Source of the DNA: Bacteroidota bacterium
GTDB lineage: Bacteria > Bacteroidota > Bacteroidia > 2-12-FULL-35-15
Length of the DNA stretch: 64,000 bases
Assembly (NCBI GenBank): GCA_947447995.1
Contig: CANFLQ010000003.1
Location: 2,742-66,741, forward strand
Reading direction: 5' to 3'
Positions 54,249 through 63,289 of this stretch are shown here, in pieces. A model generated the notes under the pieces. That model saw only the letters and a program-made list of their open reading frames with translations, searched no databases and had not been told where the DNA came from. Each line of letters starts with the position of its first letter. The stretch's first letter is position 1. Made by a program: the position numbers and the translations under genes.

Positions 54249-55001
54249 TTACAATTCATTATTCTTCTGTTTATTAAAATTAGCCCAATATTGATCGTGA
54301 AGTGATTTATTTATTTTAAAAAATTGTTTCTCTAAAATTAAATTAATTAAATCGTCATCATTTAATGCTACAATACTGTTTCCACAATAAGAAATTACGG
54401 CTTTAAAAAACTCTGCGTCTAAATCGTAATCTAAAGTTAGCCGAAGATCTTTGTTTTCTGAATTCGTACCCATATTAATTTCGTAAATGGGCTCGTTTTC
54501 AAATATTCTGCCCCAGCCTGTTTCTAACTTTCCCGAAATTTGAGAAACTTTTTTTTTCAAAAAATCAGACGTGTAACCCACTACATTCATACCAAAGGCC
54601 AAACCTGTGGTTTTTACAAAAGGATTTATATTTTCAATAAGCTGATTATAAGTATTTCTAGCTGCCTTTGTCGAACATAAAATATCATCCCCATCAATAG
54701 AAATAATGTTTTTCAACATGTATTTTTCTGCACATTCAGTCTGCCGCAATGGAATATTTTGATCATCCCCATAAAAAATAGTTATGGGTAAATTATTTAA
54801 TACGGTTTCAAATTTTTTATTTTCAGGCATATTAGAAGTTGCCAAAAACAGTTTAACTTTTCCATTTTCTATTTCTTTTTTAAACTCAAAAGTATATCTA
54901 GTTACCAACCATTCTACAAAGCTTTTACCATTTACCTCAATTAAATGTTTATTAGACAATCGTGTTGACCCTAACCTAGCTATGAAAAGTATTCCCGTCA
55001 T
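54249..55001 (-). CDS. legF: CTP_transf_3-family cytidylyltransferase (SpsF/LegF-like), candidate CMP-legionaminic acid synthetase
   Basis: ILFIARLGSTRLSNKHL (ARxGSxRLxxK motif), ISIDGDD, 250 aa. It sits directly after the PtmF-like gene, as in Leg clusters. Confidence 0.6.
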   Translation of the reverse strand: MTGILFIARLGSTRLSNKHLIEVNGKSFVEWLVTRYTFEFKKEIENGKVKLFLATSNMPENKKFETVLNNLPITIFYGDDQNIPLRQTECAEKYMLKNIISIDGDDILCSTKAARNTYNQLIENINPFVKTTGLAFGMNVVGYTSDFLKKKVSQISGKLETGWGRIFENEPIYEINMGTNSENKDLRLTLDYDLDAEFFKAVISYCGNSIVALNDDDLINLILEKQFFKINKSLHDQYWANFNKQKNNEL

Positions 55002-55005
55002 TTAA

Positions 55006-56043
55006 TTAGTTTTCAAAATTTTCAAATTTACTTTCTTGAGATGACTTTTCTATAGCGTATAGTAATTTTAATATTTTATGATCATATTCCATAGAATTAA
55101 AAAAATCTTTTTTACCTTCTATTGCTTCGAAAAAATTAATAAGTTCATCCATATACATTTGCTCAGTAATATTTTTATTATATCCTAATGCTGCTAAATT
55201 GATTTTATATTCCCATAATTCCCACTTTTCTGTTTTAGAATCGTATATTTTAATACAATTGTCATCCCAGTTCCACACTAATTGTTTTTCTGAACCATTA
55301 ATTAATAATTTTCGAGTAGCGTGCCTAGAAACTACATCAATACTAAGATTTAAAATAAAACCATTGTAATTTAATAACGCATTATATGTATCGTCAATGT
55401 TTTCCGCTCCATCAATATCAATTGTTTTTTTTACAATGCCTGCAACCTGTTTAGGGAAACCTAATATTTTTGTAATCCATGTTAATTCGAAAGGAACAAT
55501 CTCTCGAGCTCCTCCCGTTTCTTTTTTTGAAACATAATATTCTTGTACTTTTTCATAAGAATGCCAATCTGGTAAATACTGACCAGATTGATAAATAAAA
55601 TTAGTAATAGTTCCCAGCTCTCTATTCCTAATAATTGTAAATATTTTTTGAATAGCGGGATGAAAATACAATGTACTTGAAGGTGCTGCAATTATTTTGC
55701 TACTTTTTAGTTTATCTATTATTTGATCCATTCCATAATCTACAACACTAGCCTCAACAAAAAAGTGTATATTATTGTCAATAGCTTTATTAATATAGAA
55801 ATGATGAATATCTGGAGGAACTGAAATTATTATCGCTTCTATGTTTAATGTTTTTATCGCCTCATCTACATTGTCTATAATAACAACATCTTTCAAATCA
55901 TTATCGCCACCTCGTCTGTCAACACGTATATCAAACCCGTAAATATTTTTATAACCAAGGGCTTTTATGTTTCTGATTCGCCTTTTCCCCATTGAACCTA
56001 AACCCACAACTAATATCTTATATTGCAACTCTTGTTTTATCAT
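55006..56043 (-). CDS. ptmF: Gfo/Idh/MocA-like oxidoreductase, PtmF-like
   Basis: ILVVGLGSMGKRRIRN Rossmann and a position immediately after the PtmE-like gene. Confidence 0.6.
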   Translation of the reverse strand: MIKQELQYKILVVGLGSMGKRRIRNIKALGYKNIYGFDIRVDRRGGDNDLKDVVIIDNVDEAIKTLNIEAIIISVPPDIHHFYINKAIDNNIHFFVEASVVDYGMDQIIDKLKSSKIIAAPSSTLYFHPAIQKIFTIIRNRELGTITNFIYQSGQYLPDWHSYEKVQEYYVSKKETGGAREIVPFELTWITKILGFPKQVAGIVKKTIDIDGAENIDDTYNALLNYNGFILNLSIDVVSRHATRKLLINGSEKQLVWNWDDNCIKIYDSKTEKWELWEYKINLAALGYNKNITEQMYMDELINFFEAIEGKKDFFNSMEYDHKILKLLYAIEKSSQESKFENFEN

Positions 56044-56044
56044 T

Positions 56045-57100
56045 TTATATTTTTATATGTTTTATATCTTCCTGAGCTTTTAAATAATCATGATGTTTTC
56101 CAATATCTAACCAATATTCAATAACAGGGTAATGAATTAGTGATAAATTTTTTTGAGATATAATATAATCCATTAAATCAGTTGCATTAAAAAACTGTCC
56201 CTTTTTAATACACTCTTTTAATGCAAAATTGAATATATATATGCCTCCATTTGAATAATAAGTATAAGTGGGTTTTTCTGAAAATGAAGATACTTTATCA
56301 TCAATTGTTTCTAATACAGCATAAGGAATAGTTACTTGATATGGAATACTAGCTAAAGCCATGGTAGCATTTTTTTTCTTAAAAAAAGTAAAAAATTCTT
56401 CAAAATCAATATTGGTTAAAATATCAGAATTAATTACTAAAATATCCTTATATTTTGAAGATTCAATGTATGATAATGATCCAAGAGTTCCTAAAGGTTC
56501 TTCTTCTGTTATATAGTTAATTTGAACACCTTTTGAAGAGCCATCCCCAAAATAATCTATAATTTGTTCTTTTAAATACTTAACGCTTATATAAATATCT
56601 TTTATTCCGAAAGAGATTAATCGGTCAACGGTATGTTCAATAATGGGTTTTCCCCCAACGAATAACATTGATTTTGGAACACTATCTGTAAGTGGTTTTA
56701 GGCGCTCACCTCGCCCTCCGGCCATAATCAAAGCAGTTAAAGGTAATAATGTAATTAATTGCTCGAAATTCAAAATTTCTACTAAACAATTATTACCATC
56801 TACCACAGGCACTAAAAAAACTCCCTCATTTTTAAACTCTTTGATTTTTTCTAAATCTTCCTCTCCCTTTTTTAGGTATTTGAATTTTGTATTGATATAT
56901 TTTGAAATATTATCCGAGATAAGAAATCCGTTTAAAAGACCTCTACGAATATCTCCATCAGATAATGTTCCAAGCATTTTATTTTTTTCATCTGTAACAA
57001 ACAAAATTCTTATAGCATTACTTGGCAGTTCTTCCAAAGACTTTAAGGCATTTCTAACCTCTTCCTTTATTAAAATTATATGTTGTTTATTATTCTTCAT
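56045..57100 (-). CDS. ptmE: CBS-pair plus sugar-phosphate nucleotidyltransferase, PtmE-like
   Basis: N-terminal CBS region (MLGTLSDGDIRRGLL) then ALIMAGGRGERLKPLTDSVPKSML (GxGxRLxPLT signature). Confidence 0.8.
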   Translation of the reverse strand: MKNNKQHIILIKEEVRNALKSLEELPSNAIRILFVTDEKNKMLGTLSDGDIRRGLLNGFLISDNISKYINTKFKYLKKGEEDLEKIKEFKNEGVFLVPVVDGNNCLVEILNFEQLITLLPLTALIMAGGRGERLKPLTDSVPKSMLFVGGKPIIEHTVDRLISFGIKDIYISVKYLKEQIIDYFGDGSSKGVQINYITEEEPLGTLGSLSYIESSKYKDILVINSDILTNIDFEEFFTFFKKKNATMALASIPYQVTIPYAVLETIDDKVSSFSEKPTYTYYSNGGIYIFNFALKECIKKGQFFNATDLMDYIISQKNLSLIHYPVIEYWLDIGKHHDYLKAQEDIKHIKI

Positions 57101-58211
57101 TTATGTTCAATGCTTTTAATGTAGCAACAATTTTATTACTTGCTCCACCGTTGTAGTATATATTTTCTTCTACAAATGGAGGCTGATTTACAATTTTTTG
57201 AATGGACAAATTAATTTCGTTTTCAAGAATTGGTATATGAATTACATTTTTCCCGCATAATCGCCCTTTTTGTCTATCACCTAAATTTATTACATATTTA
57301 CCAAATGATGCTGCTTCTATAATACCACTAGAGGTATTTCCTAATAAGAAACTGCAATTTTTTATTGCAGAAAAATAACTTTGTGTGCCTAAATTTTCAA
57401 TTAAAAACACCTTTTTATTATTTGTTAATTGTTTAATAAAAAGATTCCTGATTACATTGCCGGCAGTATCGGCGTTTGGCATTGTAATTAAAAACTGAAG
57501 TGCCGGATTACTATAAATTGAATTTATTATTTCTTGAGCATAAAAAGCATTTTTATCCGAATTAACCGTTTCGGGATGAAAGGTAATTAAGCCTGTTGTT
57601 GGTTGGTTTAAATTAATCCCCCACTTCTGTTCAAATTCTTTGTTATCTAATAAGGGTATTTGTAAAATATTATCTAAACTCAGCGCACCAACATTATAAA
57701 CATTATTGGGTTCATCTAGCAATGTGTAAATCCTATTTTTATATTCTTCAGTTGAAGTAAAATGAATTGATGAAGCAAGAGAAATTGAATGCCTGAAAAC
57801 ATTATCAATTGCACCTAATGTTTTTTCTCCTCCATGTAAATGAGCAAATTTTACATGAAAAGGTAAGGCAGAAAGTACAGCAGCAAACATTTCATATCTA
57901 TCCCCTAAACAAAATACAAGATCAAATTGTTTATGATGTTCTTTCCAAAAGGAGGAAAATTTTATCATTGTTAAGCCCATAGCTGATGAAATGGCATCTT
58001 GACTATCGGACAAAACCAGGCTTTCAATTTTGTAGTTTGCTTCAAACCCCTCTTTTATAATTTGATCTATCGTAAATCCATGGAAAGGGGATAAATGTGT
58101 TCCAAAAGCAATTATTTTTAAATCAAAAAAAGGGTCTTCCTTTAATTTTTTTAAAAGAGGAAGATATATTCCAAAATCGGCTCTTGAACTAGTTAATATG
58201 GCAATTCTCAT
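57090..58211 (-). CDS. legG: Hydrolysing nucleotide-sugar 2-epimerase (NeuC/LegG type)
   Basis: MRIAILTSSRADFGIYLPLLKKL, LGDRYEMFAA and HLHGGE, typical of hydrolysing NeuC-family epimerases. 373 aa. Confidence 0.85.
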   Translation of the reverse strand: MRIAILTSSRADFGIYLPLLKKLKEDPFFDLKIIAFGTHLSPFHGFTIDQIIKEGFEANYKIESLVLSDSQDAISSAMGLTMIKFSSFWKEHHKQFDLVFCLGDRYEMFAAVLSALPFHVKFAHLHGGEKTLGAIDNVFRHSISLASSIHFTSTEEYKNRIYTLLDEPNNVYNVGALSLDNILQIPLLDNKEFEQKWGINLNQPTTGLITFHPETVNSDKNAFYAQEIINSIYSNPALQFLITMPNADTAGNVIRNLFIKQLTNNKKVFLIENLGTQSYFSAIKNCSFLLGNTSSGIIEAASFGKYVINLGDRQKGRLCGKNVIHIPILENEINLSIQKIVNQPPFVEENIYYNGGASNKIVATLKALNINEE

Positions 58212-58212
58212 T

Positions 58213-59235
58213 TTATTTTAAATCTTCCCATTTTAACTTATCACCAACAACTAAATTTGTTGTAACATTTTTACCTACAATATTTTCTAGTTCCATTGGT
58301 GAAATACCATCACCAGGCCTTAAACAAATTAAATCATCTTCAGTAATTTTATCCCCTTCGTTTATTGTTTTATTAATATGAATGCTTTTTCTTGCAACAA
58401 GTATATTTTTCTTTTCGGTTTCAGATGGCTTTTTCTCGATTGAACCTAATGCTTTCTCTATATTTCTAATCGATTCTACCATTAATTTTAACTCTTCAGG
58501 TTCAAGCGACGCTTTGTGATCGGGACCTGGCAATGTTTTATCCAATGTAAAATGTTTCTCAATTATTGTTGCTCCCATTGCCACAGCAGCAATAGGAACT
58601 TCAATACCTAATGTATGATCGGAATATCCAATTGGTACATTTAATTTTTTTTGAATAGTTAACATGGCATTCAAATTAACATCCTCCATTGCTGTTGGAT
58701 AATCAGTTGTGCAATGTAAAACTGTTATTTTTTCTTTAGGTGTTCCTGATTTAATTAATACATCAATTGCATCTTGAATTTCACTCATCACACACATACC
58801 GGTAGATACAATTACTTTTTTGTTTAATGCGCCAATTTTTTTGAGATATGGTAAATTAGTTATTTCTCCGGAAGGTATTTTAAATAAATCAATGCCTAAA
58901 GAATTTAATAAATCAATGCTTTCAAGATCAAATGCAGTAGAAAGAAATTGTATTTTTTTTAGCTTACAATATTCTATTAATTCATGATGTTGTTCAATGC
59001 TTAGTTCCAATTTTTTTAACATTTCAAATTGCGTATTTGAAACTACATCATTCATGTTTTTTTGCTGATAGTCTGCTTTCTTAGCTGTTAAACTAACAAG
59101 ATTTTCTGTTTTAAATGTTTGAAATTTAACGTAATCTGCATTTGCTTGAGCAGCAGCATCAATTAATTTTTTTGCTGTTTCAATATCCCCATTGTGGTTA
59201 ACTCCGGCTTCGGCAATTATAATTACTTTTTTCAT
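58213..59235 (-). CDS. legI: Nonulosonic acid synthase (NeuB/LegI type) with a C-terminal SAF domain
   Basis: MKKVIIIAEAGVNHNGD, KFQTF and IGYSDHT, plus a SAF-like C-terminus. The ATG at 59235 overlaps the upstream stop (TAATG). The track start at 59268 is upstream and less likely. Confidence 0.9.
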   Translation of the reverse strand: MKKVIIIAEAGVNHNGDIETAKKLIDAAAQANADYVKFQTFKTENLVSLTAKKADYQQKNMNDVVSNTQFEMLKKLELSIEQHHELIEYCKLKKIQFLSTAFDLESIDLLNSLGIDLFKIPSGEITNLPYLKKIGALNKKVIVSTGMCVMSEIQDAIDVLIKSGTPKEKITVLHCTTDYPTAMEDVNLNAMLTIQKKLNVPIGYSDHTLGIEVPIAAVAMGATIIEKHFTLDKTLPGPDHKASLEPEELKLMVESIRNIEKALGSIEKKPSETEKKNILVARKSIHINKTINEGDKITEDDLICLRPGDGISPMELENIVGKNVTTNLVVGDKLKWEDLK

Positions 59236-59846
59236 TATTTTATTTTTTTTGCCGGATTCCCAAACCATGTTTCATTATCAGGAATGTCACATACAACTAC
59301 TGAACCTGCACCAACAATTACATTATTCCCAATTTTTTGTCCTTGTTTAAAAACTGAATTAGCGCCAATAAATGTTTCATATCCAACTGTTACATTTCCA
59401 GCCAATACTGCACCAGGTGCAATATGACTAAAATCTCCTATTGTACATTCATGTTCTATTATAGCTCCGGAATTAATTATACATCCCTTACCTATTTTAG
59501 CTAATGAGTTTACTATTGCACCTGGACCTATAAAGGAAGATTGACCTATTGTACTTGCCGATGAAATTATTGCGGATTTATGCTTAATAGTTGTTTGTTT
59601 TACATTCAAATTTTCCAAATGGGATATTATTTTTTTTCGAATACTATTTGATCCTATGCAAGGAAAAACAGCATTATTGGCTACTTTTTCTTTAAAATCT
59701 ATTTCGTCCTCTGATCCAAAATAGGTTAAACTGTAAGGATTATTGACTACTTCTTTTTGATCAAAATATCCAATTACTTTATTGTTTTCCGATTGAATGG
59801 AATCTAAAACTACAAAAGCATGTCCTGAATACCCTAAAATAAACAT
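59235..59846 (-). CDS. legH: NeuD/PglD-type hexapeptide N-acetyltransferase (LegH-like)
   Basis: MFILGYSGHAFVVLD Rossmann-like N-terminal domain then the LbH repeats IGKGCIINSGAIIEHECTIGDFSHIAPGAVLAGNVTVG. The track start at 59864 is GTG. The ATG at 59846 is preferred. Confidence 0.85.
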   Translation of the reverse strand: MFILGYSGHAFVVLDSIQSENNKVIGYFDQKEVVNNPYSLTYFGSEDEIDFKEKVANNAVFPCIGSNSIRKKIISHLENLNVKQTTIKHKSAIISSASTIGQSSFIGPGAIVNSLAKIGKGCIINSGAIIEHECTIGDFSHIAPGAVLAGNVTVGYETFIGANSVFKQGQKIGNNVIVGAGSVVVCDIPDNETWFGNPAKKIK

Positions 59847-59850
59847 ATAA

Positions 59851-61002
59851 TTACAATCTAACACTACTTGGAATATTTACTAATCTATCTTCAATCCATT
59901 CTGAATTAGCTAAATTTCCAGTTAATGAGTCCTTAAACATCTCTAGTTTATTCATTAATATCCAAACTGGACGAGTCATAACACCGTTATTGTTGGTATA
60001 TGTTAAAAATCGGTCTCTTTCGTTTTTATCTTTTAATAAAATACAATTTAACCAAAAATTAGCCTTAGAGTCCTCTATTTCATCGAAAAATTTAATGTTT
60101 GATTTACTAAAAAACAAATTGTACTGCTGAGCTAATTCTCTTTTTTTACTAACATAATTATCTAGCTGTTCCAACTGAGCGCAAGCCATTGCCGCGTTTA
60201 AGTTAGGCATACGATAATTATATCCAATATAGTCGTGCCTAAATTCCCATGCGTGAGGTACTTTAGCTTGAGTTGTAAGGTGTTTTGCTAATTTAGCTAT
60301 TGCTTCGTCATTTGTAACCAAAGCCCCACCACCACCGCATGTTATTGTTTTATTACCGTTAAAACTAAAAACTCCCATTAACCCAAAACTACCAGTGTGT
60401 TTGCCTTTATAATAACTTCCAATTGATTCAGCCGAATCTTCTACCAAAATAATATTCCATTTTTCACAAATTGTAACTAGCTCATCTATTCGACAAGGAA
60501 AGCCAAATGTATGCATAGGTACACAGGCTTTTATTCTTTTGCCTGATAATTTATTGTAAGTATAACCATCATTACGTATTTCTCCATTTTCTTCCAAAAA
60601 TGAAATTAATTTATTTGGGGACATACCCATTGTATCTATATCCACATCAATAAATACTGGTTTTGCACCAATATAGGAAATTGCATTTGCGGTTGCAATA
60701 AATGTAAGTGCCTGTGTCAGCACTTCATCATCTGTTTTCACTTCAGCAAGAATCAAAGATATATGCAATGCCGATGTTCCATTAACCAAAGCCACGGCAT
60801 ATTTTGTTCCAGTTACTTCTGCCATCATTTTTTCAAACCGATTTACATATTCCCCAACTGAAGAAACAAAAGTAGAATCAATCGCATCTAAAACATAGTT
60901 ACGTTCATTACCAATGAAAACAGGTTCATGTAAGTGAACAAATTCTTTGTCAGGGAACAAACTTTTTATAAAGGAAACAGTATTTTTATTTTCGGTCATC
61001 AT
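59851..61002 (-). CDS. legC: LegC-family DegT/DnrJ/EryC1 aminotransferase
   Basis: HLHEPVFIGNERNYVLDAIDSTFVSSVGEYVNRFE is the LegC-family N-terminus as I recall it. The PLP-Lys context is FSFNGNKTITCGGGG. Confidence 0.85.
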   Translation of the reverse strand: MMTENKNTVSFIKSLFPDKEFVHLHEPVFIGNERNYVLDAIDSTFVSSVGEYVNRFEKMMAEVTGTKYAVALVNGTSALHISLILAEVKTDDEVLTQALTFIATANAISYIGAKPVFIDVDIDTMGMSPNKLISFLEENGEIRNDGYTYNKLSGKRIKACVPMHTFGFPCRIDELVTICEKWNIILVEDSAESIGSYYKGKHTGSFGLMGVFSFNGNKTITCGGGGALVTNDEAIAKLAKHLTTQAKVPHAWEFRHDYIGYNYRMPNLNAAMACAQLEQLDNYVSKKRELAQQYNLFFSKSNIKFFDEIEDSKANFWLNCILLKDKNERDRFLTYTNNNGVMTRPVWILMNKLEMFKDSLTGNLANSEWIEDRLVNIPSSVRL

Positions 61003-62189
61003 TACATTTTAGCATCTAAATATTTTCCAGTTTCCTTATGTCCAAAATCAGGAATCATTGTATGAAATAAATCAACAATTTCAGATTTTGTCCATTTCAT
61101 TTCTGATTTCATTTTGTTAATAGTTTGACTAAAGTGGTTTAATAAATCTTCTTGAATGCTTAAATCATTTTTAATTATGCCTAAATTTTCAAAACGATTC
61201 ATTTCTAAAACTTCCTTTTCAGTAAAAAACTCTTCAAAATCTTTTTCTCCAGTTGTATCAGATGTGGTGAATAAACATGGCCATATTTTTTTTTCAGGAA
61301 GGGTTTTTGCCAAGTCTCTGGCTTCTTCTTCACTTGAACATAAATAGGGTTTTAATCCAAGTTCATTTAAGTACTTTATAGCAATGTCGGCAAAGGTTAT
61401 TAGATGTAAATTTTCGCTTAATTTAGGAAAAAAAACATCTCTATTCTCCCCAAATATGCAACTCATTAAACAAAGTTCACCAGATTCTTGTGGTGTAACA
61501 AAATATCTTTTAATATCATTTGGAGCAACGATTGGTTGTTGTTTTTGTATACGTTGATTAAATCCATGAAGCAAAGATCCATCGGAAAACGCAACATTCG
61601 CAAACCGTGCAGTAGAGATTTTAATTTCTTTGCTTTTTTGCATTAAATACATTTCCATTATCCTTTTTGAAGCCCCCATCATATTCACTGGATTAGCCGC
61701 TTTATCAGTGGATACACAAAAATATTTTTTAGTTCCTTTTTTTATAGATTGATCAATTGTTTTAACTGTGTTAAATACATTTACGTTTATCATTCTCATT
61801 AACGTAAATGGATCTTTTTCACTTCTAACATGTTTTAATGCTGAGAGGTTTAGAACATAATCATACTTACCATCGGCTTCAATAAATGCATCATATTCTA
61901 CCGACCCAATATCCAGGGCAAATGTTTGAAAATCTCCATCAATATAACCGTAAGAACTTCTGATATCTCTCACTAATTCCACCATATTGTTTTCACTAAT
62001 ATCTACAACATGTAATTTTAATGGTTTTCGCTTAAATATTTCCTTTGTAACAGCCTGACCGATTGAACCAGCTCCACCAACAACTAAAAAGGATGAGTTG
62101 ACAACAATCTTAGATAATTCTAATTCATGAACCTTTATATCAGCTTCAAAAAGTTTGTTTTTTCTTCCGATTAATTGTAAAATATCCAT
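61002..62189 (-). CDS. legB: Nucleotide-sugar 4,6-dehydratase of the CapD/Polysacc_synt_2 type (LegB-like)
   Basis: FLVVGGAGSIGQAV Rossmann, STDKAANPVNMMGASKR (catalytic region), 395 aa, soluble. Confidence 0.75.
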   Translation of the reverse strand: MDILQLIGRKNKLFEADIKVHELELSKIVVNSSFLVVGGAGSIGQAVTKEIFKRKPLKLHVVDISENNMVELVRDIRSSYGYIDGDFQTFALDIGSVEYDAFIEADGKYDYVLNLSALKHVRSEKDPFTLMRMINVNVFNTVKTIDQSIKKGTKKYFCVSTDKAANPVNMMGASKRIMEMYLMQKSKEIKISTARFANVAFSDGSLLHGFNQRIQKQQPIVAPNDIKRYFVTPQESGELCLMSCIFGENRDVFFPKLSENLHLITFADIAIKYLNELGLKPYLCSSEEEARDLAKTLPEKKIWPCLFTTSDTTGEKDFEEFFTEKEVLEMNRFENLGIIKNDLSIQEDLLNHFSQTINKMKSEMKWTKSEIVDLFHTMIPDFGHKETGKYLDAKM

Positions 62190-62199
62190 TTTGAAGAAA

Positions 62200-63192
62200 T
62201 TATTTTTTTAGATTTTTAACATACCAATCTACAGCCTCATCTAACCCATTTTCTAAAGTATGAGATGGGGTATAACCTAATATCTTTTTTGCTTTCTCTA
62301 TTGACGCTAAAGAATGAGGAATATCACCTATTCGTTCCAATCCATAAGTAATTTGTACATCCGCTATTTTAGGATCGTATTTACATAAATACTTTTTTAA
62401 TAAATTAGTAAGTTGAGTTAAGTTGGCGCTTTCACCCACAGCAGTATTAAATATTTGACCATACGCAGCTTCATTTTGAGTAAGTGCTGCCAAATGATTC
62501 ATTTGAATTACATTGTCAATATAGGTAAAATCTCTAGAGTTTGTTCCGTTACCGTTTATTAATGGAGACTGATGAGCAATTAGTTGCAACGTAAATTTAG
62601 GTATTGCTGCGGCATAAGCTCCATTAGGGTCTTGGCGTTTACCAAAAACATTAAAATACCGCAATCCTATACACTTTAAACCGTAATTTAATCCAAAAAC
62701 ATGTGCATAAAGTTCATTTACATATTTTGTTACAGCATAAGGAGATAAAGGTTTTCCTATAACATCTTCCTCTTTGGGTAATAATTTAGAATCACCATAA
62801 GTTGAGGAGCTGGCAGCATAAACAACTCTTTTTACTTTAGCGTCACGTGCTGCAACTAATACATTTAAAAAACCTCCAATATTAACTTCGTTGGTTGTAA
62901 TTGGGTCATCTAAGCTTCTAGGAACAGAACCCAATGCTGCTTGTTGTAAAACAATTTGAACGCCCTGCATAGCTTTATGACAATCACTAAGACTACGAAT
63001 ATCGCCAGTAATGAGAGTAAATTTTTTATTCACCATAAAAGAAGATATATTTTCCTCTTTCCCTGTTGAAAAATTATCTAAACAAATTACTTCATTATTA
63101 GTATTTAATAAATCTTCACATAAATTAGACCCAATAAACCCCGCTCCTCCTGTAACTAATACTTTAGAATTTGTAATCCGAGGGTAACTCAT
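62200..63192 (-). CDS. NAD-dependent nucleotide-sugar epimerase (WbpP/TviC-like UDP-HexNAc 4-epimerase type)
   Basis: VLVTGGAGFIGSN, an SST triad context (AASSSTYG) and YAVTK (YxxxK). 330 aa. Confidence 0.75.
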   Translation of the reverse strand: MSYPRITNSKVLVTGGAGFIGSNLCEDLLNTNNEVICLDNFSTGKEENISSFMVNKKFTLITGDIRSLSDCHKAMQGVQIVLQQAALGSVPRSLDDPITTNEVNIGGFLNVLVAARDAKVKRVVYAASSSTYGDSKLLPKEEDVIGKPLSPYAVTKYVNELYAHVFGLNYGLKCIGLRYFNVFGKRQDPNGAYAAAIPKFTLQLIAHQSPLINGNGTNSRDFTYIDNVIQMNHLAALTQNEAAYGQIFNTAVGESANLTQLTNLLKKYLCKYDPKIADVQITYGLERIGDIPHSLASIEKAKKILGYTPSHTLENGLDEAVDWYVKNLKK

Positions 63193-63289
63193 AAAAACAA
63201 CAATTAGATTTTTTTACGGCTTCGCCCTTTCACTCCCATAAAAAATATTTTTTATAGTGTTAGCAATCAGGTAAACTTAACTATGAATG

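Noticed and set aside
56643-57119. 158-aa + strand ORF
   Set aside because: It is fully antisense to the PtmE-like gene, which has clear CBS and nucleotidyltransferase motifs. The translation is Ser/Phe/Ile-rich with no motif, which is typical of a shadow ORF in AT-rich DNA.
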